From a virus, in the IMG/VR virus record IMGVR_UViG_3300035180_001563, positions 32,001 through 96,000 of that record: 64,000 nucleotides of DNA; one strand, given 5' to 3'. Positions 47,923 to 56,577 of the stretch are shown piece by piece. The first letter of the stretch is position 1, and every line of letters begins with the position of its first letter. The notes beneath the pieces are model-generated. The model was given only the letters and a program-made list of their open reading frames with translations, was not told the origin of the DNA and did no database searches. A program made the translations under genes and the position numbers.

Positions 47923-49590
47923 TTAAATTGGTTTTTCACCACCAGGAGCAGGTACTTCTGCAATGTTAGGTCCACCAGAACCACTAGGACCTTCACCTTC
48001 AGTGCCAGGTTCGGAAAGTCCAAAGTCTCCCCCTACTCCACCACCTACTCCACCACCTACTCCACCAAATCCAACTTCTTGTTCTCCACCATATATGTTC
48101 TGTAAATCTGAACTATTAGGTGTTTGTTTTATCCCCTTTTCTTGGCGAATCAACATTTCATTTTGTGCAATTTCATCATCAGATAACTGCAGATATCTGG
48201 CTAGTATAAATCGTTTGGATAGATAAGGAATTGTTTCGACTGAGTTAGCGTTGTTAATCAAACTTGTGTCAAGATCAGCACGTCTGTAATGCTCATAATT
48301 ATTTGGAGCTGGTAATTTAATTTTATATAATGATTCATCAATGTTGATGTTGCAATCACGGAGATACATCTTGAACTCTCTGTCAAGAGTTTGTTCCAAT
48401 GGAGATTGTAATCTTGACACAAAACGAGCAAACTGTAATTCCTCAATATATGCTGCTCCAACCTTACCATCGTTAAACATACCACCACCTTCTCCGCCTG
48501 GCTTCATCCAGGAACGGGGAACACGTAGACCTCTCAGTACTTTCTCAACCCAATATTCCAAGTCGTTAATCTCACCAAGATTACCTCCACCTGGAAGAGT
48601 TTCAATTTTGGACCCTCGACCATCAGCTGTGGATGCAAAGAAAAAGTCTTCCGTCATACTTTGTGGATTGTAAACAGAATCAATAGATTCTTTTCCACCT
48701 ACCGAAGATGGAATCTTCTTTTGTCTAATTTCATTCTTCACTGTTTCCAGATATTGTTTGACCCGGTGAGGAGGCATCTTACCCACATCTACGTAAAACA
48801 CTCTTCTTTCAGGAGCACGAACAATACGGTAAATAATCACAGCATCTTCCAGTAACTCTTTTTGCTTATGAGACCTGTACACGCTTCGGAGAACTGAATC
48901 TCCAAATGGAGCTGATTCAGACATATCATCATTTAATGTGAATCTAACTATATCCTGTATCGGAACATACGATGTTTCATACGGTTCTCCTGTAGATACA
49001 GTATTCATTCCAGATGTTCCACCTCCTGGTGCTCCACCAGCAGTTCGAGGTTTTTTGGTATCAATCCGTACAACAAAACCCATAACCTTTGTCACGTTTT
49101 CATGGTCTACGATTGCTGCAAGTACGTTTGTTGCTGGAATCCACTCCCATTGATTGTGTGGAGAATTTTTCTTAAAAAAGCAGTCACCATACTTAATAGT
49201 GTTTCTTGCAATTTTAAACATTCTATTGTCCCAAGCATGAATACCAGTCCAGTGACGTAATGCTGCCCGAATGGTCATAACAAGAGAGTCTTCAACCTGT
49301 TGTCCCTCTTCAATTTGCATTTCTATATCTAAAGCTAAACCTGTATTGACGTTTGATGTTGTCATTTCTTCAGCTATTGTATCCAGAGCACGAGTGACTT
49401 CCACATCGTTGTCCATAATGTCATATTCTCTGTATCTGGTGAGTCGAGTAGCAGAACCTTGGACTAAACGTTGATACCATGTATAATTTCCATATGCAGC
49501 ATATTGACCATCTACACCTTGACTGTCTTGAACTGCAACTACTTCAGGTCTTGAAGATGCAAATTTAAAATAATCTACAAATTTTCCCAT
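47923..49590 (-). CDS. gp20: Portal protein, gp20-like
   Basis: LLEDAVIIYRIVRAPERRVFYVDVG, EDFF, IETLPGG.NLGEINDLEY. Confidence 0.95.
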   Translation of the reverse strand: MGKFVDYFKFASSRPEVVAVQDSQGVDGQYAAYGNYTWYQRLVQGSATRLTRYREYDIMDNDVEVTRALDTIAEEMTTSNVNTGLALDIEMQIEEGQQVEDSLVMTIRAALRHWTGIHAWDNRMFKIARNTIKYGDCFFKKNSPHNQWEWIPATNVLAAIVDHENVTKVMGFVVRIDTKKPRTAGGAPGGGTSGMNTVSTGEPYETSYVPIQDIVRFTLNDDMSESAPFGDSVLRSVYRSHKQKELLEDAVIIYRIVRAPERRVFYVDVGKMPPHRVKQYLETVKNEIRQKKIPSSVGGKESIDSVYNPQSMTEDFFFASTADGRGSKIETLPGGGNLGEINDLEYWVEKVLRGLRVPRSWMKPGGEGGGMFNDGKVGAAYIEELQFARFVSRLQSPLEQTLDREFKMYLRDCNINIDESLYKIKLPAPNNYEHYRRADLDTSLINNANSVETIPYLSKRFILARYLQLSDDEIAQNEMLIRQEKGIKQTPNSSDLQNIYGGEQEVGFGGVGGGVGGGVGGDFGLSEPGTEGEGPSGSGGPNIAEVPAPGGEKPI

Positions 49591-49645
49591 TTTATAACAC
49601 TCCTAATATTTTATATTTATAGTATCGTGAATGGGGTGTAATTTA

Positions 49646-50548
49646 TTATATTACTAATGCTCTTATTATCTCTGTGATATCGTTAAACTTATCATACTTT
49701 ATAACATGTAAATTGTGTTCTTGGGCTCTAGCGTATTGTTTTTTAAGCGAATCACGATACTTCATCTCAGTGTAACGTTGGTTTGACTTGTGAAAAAAAT
49801 GATGTTTTTTGTAGTGTTGTTCCCCATTATACTCAATTAGTATACGTTTTGATGGAACGTAAAAATCAAAAATCAGCAACTGATCTTTATATCTGACCCG
49901 ATATTGAAATTCATAAGATATCATGCATTCATCAAGTATCATTTGAATTTGTTTCTCTCCTCTCGACATAGAGCAATAAGGACACCCTTCTCCAGATAAA
50001 TGTTTGTTTGGAGTTTGTGTAAATTCTCCATGTTTATTACAAATAATACGCACCTTTTTTCTTGCTCCAAGATAATCAACTTGTGAGTAATCATAACGGT
50101 TACCGTGTATTTTGGTGAATTTTTCTTTTATATTCAAACTATGGTTTTTTATTTGTAACATCGATACAACTTGTTTGGAACATAACATACATCCTGAATT
50201 TTTGTTAATTACATTATCAAAAGAAGCACTCCATGTATAATTACATGTGTTACAAGTCCATTGAACTTTTTGTTTATATTTTACAAACTCACCCTCGAAC
50301 GATAAATTTTTATGCTTAAGCTTTGTTAGTATTTGTTGCATCGATTGATGCTTGCCTGCACATTTTGGACACCCTTGCTTAGAATTTATATGAGCGTCAG
50401 GAGTTTGGTTGAATACCCCATGTACAGGACATTTAATATTAATTTTTGTTTTTGCATTTACATATGTTGACAGGGTATAATCATATTTAAAGTTATGTAC
50501 ATTGTTTGACTTTTTTACAAAATCTTCTTGACTTGCGCCTTTTCCCAT
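49646..50548 (-). CDS. Free-standing endonuclease: zinc-ribbon repeats plus DUF559-like nuclease
   Basis: CPVHG/CNKHG repeats; SRGEKQI, FDFYVP..ILIEYNGEQHY. Confidence 0.75.
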   Translation of the reverse strand: MGKGASQEDFVKKSNNVHNFKYDYTLSTYVNAKTKINIKCPVHGVFNQTPDAHINSKQGCPKCAGKHQSMQQILTKLKHKNLSFEGEFVKYKQKVQWTCNTCNYTWSASFDNVINKNSGCMLCSKQVVSMLQIKNHSLNIKEKFTKIHGNRYDYSQVDYLGARKKVRIICNKHGEFTQTPNKHLSGEGCPYCSMSRGEKQIQMILDECMISYEFQYRVRYKDQLLIFDFYVPSKRILIEYNGEQHYKKHHFFHKSNQRYTEMKYRDSLKKQYARAQEHNLHVIKYDKFNDITEIIRALVI

Positions 50549-50670
50549 TATATGACTCCACGTTCTATGTATTTAGAGAAAGAATGTTTTAGGTAATTTA
50601 AGCGTGTATGAGAAAGTTGCTTCCCAGTACTAAACGCTGTATAAATACATTATATTATTTAGGAACGTAT

Positions 50671-52230
50671 ATGCACGACGAGTTGAAAGAAGCGTTTGAA
50701 TCTGGTACTACCATACGAAATAAGACTCCATTATATAAACTGCTGTCTGATAATACCCAACACTTACCTAGTGATTATTTACCTAGACAAAAATTGTGGC
50801 ACTTATATTTCAATACCACAGAAAATCCGGGATGTAAAATATGTGGAAAATCGATTCAGTGGGAGTCGGCAGCAAAAACAGCTGATCAGAAGTATCGAAC
50901 ATACTGCTCACGTAAATGTCAATGGTCTGATCCAGAAATTAAGGATAAGAAATACCAAACTGAACTACAACGATATGGTGCAGGACGACCTACTGTAGTA
51001 GACAAGACTAAAGTAACTAATAACATAAAATATGGCTCTGATTACGCTATCCAACAAGACGAGTATAAGCAAAAACAATCAAATACTGTATTATCCAAAT
51101 ATGGAGTGCTTAACATTACTCAATACAAACCTGCACTGAAAAAACGAGATCAAACTAATCTTTCATTGTTCGGTGTGAGATCTCATGCACAACAACACTT
51201 ACCTGATGATGTAGTTATGAAATTGGGTGATTACGACTGGATGAATACTCAACATACAATCAATAAAAAATCAGTAATTGAAATTGCGCAAGAGTTGAAT
51301 ATTAACTATGAGATTGTATCAAGACATTTAAAATTTCACGATATTTCAATACAACATTACCCTTCATCGTCTTCATACGAAAATCAAATATATGATTTTT
51401 TGTGTACAATATTAGATTCTATAGATATACAAAGAAATAATAAATCAATACTCAATCCAAAACATATTGATTTTTACATTGAAAAATACAATTTAGCAAT
51501 TGAATTTAATGGAATATATTGGCACAGTGAACAAGTTAATCCAGATCGTAGATATCATTTAGACAAAACAAATAAAGCATTAGCACAGAATATTGAACTA
51601 ATTCAAATATATGAATCTGAGTGGATACTTAAACAAGAACTTGTAAAGAGTATTTTACGAAGTAAATTGAAGCAAACTACCAATACCATTTTCGCAAGAA
51701 AATGTGACATTCGTGAGGTCGATAAACAACAAGCAAAACGGTTTTTGGATGAAAATCATATACAAGGAAATACATATAGTTCTGTTAATATAGCATTATT
51801 TTATCAAAATAAAATGGTAGAACTTATCACGTTTGGAACACCTAGATTTTCTAAAAAATATCAATATGAATTGGTAAGATTGTGTTCATTACAAAATCAT
51901 TCCATTGTTGGAGGAGTTTCGAAAATATTTAAATATTTCGTTAAAAAGTATAATCCCAACTCAGTGATTTCATATAATGACAAACGGTGGGGAACTGGTG
52001 CTGTCTATTCAAATTTAGGTTTTAAATTTTCTCATGCATCATCCCCAAACTATTGGTATTTCAAAAGTGGAGATTTAACACTACACTCAAGAGTCAAATT
52101 CCAGAAACATAAATTGCAGTCAATTCTTAATGTGTATGATTCTTCCCTGACTGAGTGGGAAAATATGATTGTAAATGGTTATAATAGGATATGGGACTGT
52201 GGAAACAATATATGGGAATGGTATCCATGA
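50671..52230 (+). CDS. Hef-like endonuclease with GNAT-like C-terminus (opposite strand)
   Basis: TATAAATA at 50640-50647 and AGGA RBS place the start at ATG 50671; IDFYIEKYNLAIEFNGIYWHSE; SYNDKRWG...RIWDCG. Confidence 0.8.
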   Translation: MHDELKEAFESGTTIRNKTPLYKLLSDNTQHLPSDYLPRQKLWHLYFNTTENPGCKICGKSIQWESAAKTADQKYRTYCSRKCQWSDPEIKDKKYQTELQRYGAGRPTVVDKTKVTNNIKYGSDYAIQQDEYKQKQSNTVLSKYGVLNITQYKPALKKRDQTNLSLFGVRSHAQQHLPDDVVMKLGDYDWMNTQHTINKKSVIEIAQELNINYEIVSRHLKFHDISIQHYPSSSSYENQIYDFLCTILDSIDIQRNNKSILNPKHIDFYIEKYNLAIEFNGIYWHSEQVNPDRRYHLDKTNKALAQNIELIQIYESEWILKQELVKSILRSKLKQTTNTIFARKCDIREVDKQQAKRFLDENHIQGNTYSSVNIALFYQNKMVELITFGTPRFSKKYQYELVRLCSLQNHSIVGGVSKIFKYFVKKYNPNSVISYNDKRWGTGAVYSNLGFKFSHASSPNYWYFKSGDLTLHSRVKFQKHKLQSILNVYDSSLTEWENMIVNGYNRIWDCGNNIWEWYP

Positions 52231-55200
52231 TTAAGTTCTTTTTGGAGCGTTTGCTGTTGGAGCAACAGCAGTCACTCTAGCTTCATGTGCTCTTAACATA
52301 GAGTTGGTGTTTATTTTTTCACTCTCAACAGCATAATAAGCATCTGCTAGTGTTGATGTTGCGTCACTAGTATCTTTAGTGAAATTATTATTTGTTGTCA
52401 TTAATTTTACTAATTGTTGCATCGAGTTCTTTAAGTCTTCCATTAACTGAGCTTGAGTTTCCTGTGCTTCAACTGGACCTTCTACACCCTCAACTTTAGG
52501 AGATGGTGTATAAGGAGATACTACTCTACTCAATCCAGTAGCTCCTCTTGCTACTGGTCCTATTTTATTTCTAGTTGGATTTGGGATTGCAGTCATCCTA
52601 TCGAGTGTATTAAGTTTTGCTTCTGTCATTGATGCAGCACCTATGTCTCCTCGATTGTATGCATTGTTCGTATATGCGGTTAAATTAGTTTTGTTACCGA
52701 CATCACTAGGTTGATTTGTGTTTTTGTCTTTGTTACCACCAAACCAATCTACAATAGAACCCCAAATGTTTTTAAAGAATGCTTTTGCTTTATCCATATA
52801 TTCACTTATAATTTTTCTTGCCCCAGACAGTATTTCAATTCCACTAGACACTGCCGATTTTGCAGATTCTCCAATAAAATCAAATGCTGAACCAATACCA
52901 CTACGGATTTTTTGTCCAAGCCACGCACCAGCTTTAAAAGGTAAACTAAGCAAACCAAGACCTGAAGTTACTCCCGACTTCAGGCTCCCAGCAACAAAAT
53001 CAAATACTGAACCAAATCCTTTTCCAATCATCTTTCCCAAAGCCCCTCCACCTTCTCCCCCTAACCAACCCCCTATAGCTCCTCCAATAGCCCCACCAGC
53101 CCATGTTCCAACAGGACCTAAGAATGATCCTACAATTGCTCCAATCCATTCACCAGCTAAGGCACCTCCAGCTACCCCAGCTGCAGTTCCAACTCCAGCT
53201 CCAACTCCAGCTCCAACGGATTTTCCTACCTTTCCTGAACTAGCGTATTCTTCAGTCCCTGCTGACACTCCAGAAAATATTCCAGCAATTGGTCCCAAAA
53301 ATTTCATCAATTTTGGTGCAAATTCTCCAACATCCCTAGCCAATATAGCAGCTTTTGGTCCAACTTTTCCTTTTTTAAACACATCTAATACATCTTTTCC
53401 CAACTGCATAACACCAGCTTTCTGAGCGAAAGCAAACATACCAACAGCAACACCAAATGCAGCAACCCATATTCCAAAATTCTTTGCAGCTGAATCCATC
53501 AACGCTTCAGCTTTGATAGCTGTGCCTCCTGCCCCAACAGCACTACTCTTAATTACCTTTTGTATCTCTTTATCGATTTCTGCTTGTGATTTCCCCTTCT
53601 CTTTACCCAATCTTTGAGCTTCTTGTATTTTTTCAATGGTATCAGTCATTCCTACTGTTAATTGATCGAATGCATTTAGTCTAGCCTCTGCGGCGCTGGC
53701 TGCGCCACTATCCCCCCTATTGTATGCACTGGTCATTTGTTGTTGTAATTCTCCCCGTTTCTTGGCTGTTTCTTGCATCTCGGCCATCAGTTTCGGATTA
53801 TCGAACTGTCTCATACGGATTAAATCCCCCATCTCCTTAGCCTTACCAGGATCAACTCCTATCATCATAGCGCCAGCAGTTATCTTTGCAGAAGTTTGAT
53901 ATCTTTGTCCGAGAGTTTGACTACGGAGTTTTTCCATTGCACCTGCTACAGCTATTGCCTTTTCAGCCGAAAGACCCATTGCTGACAATTCTTTTGCGCG
54001 TGCCAACATAGTTTTGTTCATCATAACTTGTTCTTGGCCAGACAACGTGTTTAAACTATCCTGGATCTCTGATGACTCCATTTGAGCTTCATACAATTTC
54101 ATCAATTCTTCCGAACTTTTTCCAGTGATTGCAGTCATCTCTCTCAAGTGTTTAGTCCATCTATTTGAACCTTGATCTATCGTTTCTCCACCTTGTTCAT
54201 ATGACTTGGTAAAATTTATTACTTCCATATTCAATGCAGCTGCTAATTTAGGATCCCCCGTTAATTCAAAAAACTTAGAATTATATTTTTCTAGATTTTT
54301 TGTGGTTTCTTCAATACCCTTACCACCAAACGCAGCTTGCGAATTTTGACCTAATATTTTCTGGAATTCTGATGCTGACAAAAACAGCTTCGTTGCTTCT
54401 GTAAACATCGGTGCAACACCAGTTGTATATGCAGCCCTAGCTACTTCTTTAAATTCCCCGTATGCTTTTGCTCCAAAATAAGTAACTGCTGCCGATGCAA
54501 CGGATAATATAGAAAATCTGAGTGTACCAAGTATACTGGTAATTCCATTGGCGGAAGCTGCTTCTATATCTTTCGAACCAACACCCATCTTTCCTAATAT
54601 ACTAGCTTTCCCTCGTTCGTGAAGCTCTTTAACAAAACTGTGATCCATGTTATGAATAGACTCAACTGCTTTAACTGTTCCGTCAGACAACTGCATTAGT
54701 TTAGAATTAAGAACTCCTGTCGTTCCAGCGAGTCTTTTTTGTATTTCATTATAATCCTTGATCCCAGTTAAACCATCTAGTGACCCCCCAACCTTTTGCA
54801 TTTCTTGTGACAATTTTCCCAAACCCTTCACAAATAAGGCTTCTGCTGCTGCTTTGCTTGTTGGATCTGTTGACTTGTCAAATAACTCTTTGGCTGTCTT
54901 AATCGACTTATTATATCCTTCCAGCTGAGCTGTTTGACTCCTCACGGTATCGATAAGATTGCTGAACTCTCCAGCCGTTCTAACTCCTTGAGATTTAACT
55001 AAACTAGTTAGATAACTATTTCCTTTAACTATATCTTCTGCAGTCTTCTGTAATGCCTCCGGTAAATCCTTAGAAATTGTGCTTATATGCTCTGCAGTTC
55101 GTTCAACCTCACTAATTAGACTTGCAACCATATTACTGTGAATCTCTAAGTTTTTTGAAGTTTTCGTTGTTGCTGTGTTCAATTCTTTGAATTGTTTTGC

Positions 55201-55455
55201 TACACTATCAACACCCTTTGCCAGATTACCAAAGGCAATGTTGAATTTGGTGGTTATATTAAGTGTTTGCTTTTGTAATAATGCTTGTCTATCATCAAAC
55301 GTTTCTCGAATGTTCCCTGACCCTTGACCAATACCTCCAAAAGTGTTCCCAACACCCGAAGAAGCAGCCCCTGCTCGACCGGCTGCAGCTGTTAACGATA
55401 GCATAATTTGTTTTGCGATTGAGTTGATGTCGTCTGGGGACATTCCAGTAGCCAT
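52231..55455 (-). CDS. Tape measure protein (putative)
   Basis: 1074 aa, helical and Ala/Gly-rich with a glycine-zipper hydrophobic segment; next to the chaperone-like pair; late motif at 55484-55490. Confidence 0.7.
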   Translation of the reverse strand: MATGMSPDDINSIAKQIMLSLTAAAGRAGAASSGVGNTFGGIGQGSGNIRETFDDRQALLQKQTLNITTKFNIAFGNLAKGVDSVAKQFKELNTATTKTSKNLEIHSNMVASLISEVERTAEHISTISKDLPEALQKTAEDIVKGNSYLTSLVKSQGVRTAGEFSNLIDTVRSQTAQLEGYNKSIKTAKELFDKSTDPTSKAAAEALFVKGLGKLSQEMQKVGGSLDGLTGIKDYNEIQKRLAGTTGVLNSKLMQLSDGTVKAVESIHNMDHSFVKELHERGKASILGKMGVGSKDIEAASANGITSILGTLRFSILSVASAAVTYFGAKAYGEFKEVARAAYTTGVAPMFTEATKLFLSASEFQKILGQNSQAAFGGKGIEETTKNLEKYNSKFFELTGDPKLAAALNMEVINFTKSYEQGGETIDQGSNRWTKHLREMTAITGKSSEELMKLYEAQMESSEIQDSLNTLSGQEQVMMNKTMLARAKELSAMGLSAEKAIAVAGAMEKLRSQTLGQRYQTSAKITAGAMMIGVDPGKAKEMGDLIRMRQFDNPKLMAEMQETAKKRGELQQQMTSAYNRGDSGAASAAEARLNAFDQLTVGMTDTIEKIQEAQRLGKEKGKSQAEIDKEIQKVIKSSAVGAGGTAIKAEALMDSAAKNFGIWVAAFGVAVGMFAFAQKAGVMQLGKDVLDVFKKGKVGPKAAILARDVGEFAPKLMKFLGPIAGIFSGVSAGTEEYASSGKVGKSVGAGVGAGVGTAAGVAGGALAGEWIGAIVGSFLGPVGTWAGGAIGGAIGGWLGGEGGGALGKMIGKGFGSVFDFVAGSLKSGVTSGLGLLSLPFKAGAWLGQKIRSGIGSAFDFIGESAKSAVSSGIEILSGARKIISEYMDKAKAFFKNIWGSIVDWFGGNKDKNTNQPSDVGNKTNLTAYTNNAYNRGDIGAASMTEAKLNTLDRMTAIPNPTRNKIGPVARGATGLSRVVSPYTPSPKVEGVEGPVEAQETQAQLMEDLKNSMQQLVKLMTTNNNFTKDTSDATSTLADAYYAVESEKINTNSMLRAHEARVTAVAPTANAPKRT

Positions 55456-55549
55456 AGTATTTTTAATCCGTAAACAGTAATGATATTTATGTATTTCAGA
55501 AAGGGTATTTTTTCACTTGATATATATTAATAGTCAAATGGAGAGATAT

Positions 55550-56353
55550 ATGGAACAAATTGTACAAACAACAGCGAACTCAACAAACCCACTATTGAGT
55601 AGGGTTAAAATTCCAGGTGAAACCATCCGTTTACCTTCCAATGGAATTTTTTATGTTAATGGAGAAATAAGCCAAGATGTGACAGACGGAGAAATTCACC
55701 TATATCCTTTGACAACAATGAGTGAAATTTTGTTACGAAGTCCAGATAAGCTTTTGAACGGAGAAGCACTCATCGAAGTATTAATGCAAAGTGCTCCACA
55801 AGTACTTAAACCAATGGATCTATTATCAAAAGATGTTGACTACATATTAACTGCACTCAGGAAGGTAACATATGGAGATGTGATTGAAATCAAATATCAA
55901 CACACGTGTGAAAATGCAAAAGAACACACATATGGTGTATCACTTTCACGAATACTTGGAGCTTCAAAAGTCATTGATCCAACAACACTAAATCAAGTGT
56001 TTGCTTTAGATTTACCAAACGGTCAGGTTGTTAAGCTTCAACCAATGAGATTTAAAAATGTGATTGAGATAATGCAATCGGTACAAAGTGTTGCCTCAGA
56101 CGATAAGATGATTGGAGAGCAATTAATTAAATCTGTATCGTATATGATTTCAGCTGTTGATGAGATATCTGATCCAGTCATGATATCTGAGTGGTTAAAT
56201 CAAATTCCAACTACATGGTTTAATGATATTTCAAAAACAATTGAAAGAATTAGTGATTGGGGACCTGTTTTCGAATATAAAGATGTTTGTTTAGATTGCG
56301 GGCAGGAGGTAGAGTTGTCAGTTTCTCTTAACCCGCTAACTTTTTTTATGTGA
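55550..56353 (+). CDS. T4 gp26-like baseplate hub / tail assembly chaperone
   Basis: LPSNG.FY, E.LL, DVDYIL.ALR..TYG, CLDCG...LNPLTFF; start at ATG 55550 after GGAGAG. Confidence 0.75.
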   Translation: MEQIVQTTANSTNPLLSRVKIPGETIRLPSNGIFYVNGEISQDVTDGEIHLYPLTTMSEILLRSPDKLLNGEALIEVLMQSAPQVLKPMDLLSKDVDYILTALRKVTYGDVIEIKYQHTCENAKEHTYGVSLSRILGASKVIDPTTLNQVFALDLPNGQVVKLQPMRFKNVIEIMQSVQSVASDDKMIGEQLIKSVSYMISAVDEISDPVMISEWLNQIPTTWFNDISKTIERISDWGPVFEYKDVCLDCGQEVELSVSLNPLTFFM

Positions 56354-56577
56354 TATTAAGATGGGGGACAAACGCCGATAAAGTTCAATATATCAAGGGA
56401 TTACAGAAAGAAGCCACTCGTATCGTTGAAGGAGTGGTTTCCCTAATTTATTACATGAGAGGTGCTGTTTCATATACGGAAGCCATGTACATGACTTATG
56501 CAGAAAGACAAATTATGTCCGACTTCCTTGAACAGCGGTTTGAACACGAAAGTAAAAGGATGTACCCGGTGTACTAA
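56350..56577 (+). CDS. Small chaperone partner, probably expressed by -1 frameshift
   Basis: YYMRGAVSYTEAM.MTYAER pattern; no RBS; in the -1 frame just after T TTT TTT. Confidence 0.65.
   Translation: MILRWGTNADKVQYIKGLQKEATRIVEGVVSLIYYMRGAVSYTEAMYMTYAERQIMSDFLEQRFEHESKRMYPVY

Noticed and set aside
48030-48070. 12-bp tandem repeat CTACTCCACCAC
   Set aside because: Simply encodes the GGGV low-complexity portal tail
50608-50670. ORF-track start of the 540-aa endonuclease (also 27042, 25511, 9968, 55517)
   Set aside because: Promoter/RBS positions or domain boundaries favour downstream ATGs at 50671, 27000, 25472, 9950 and 55550
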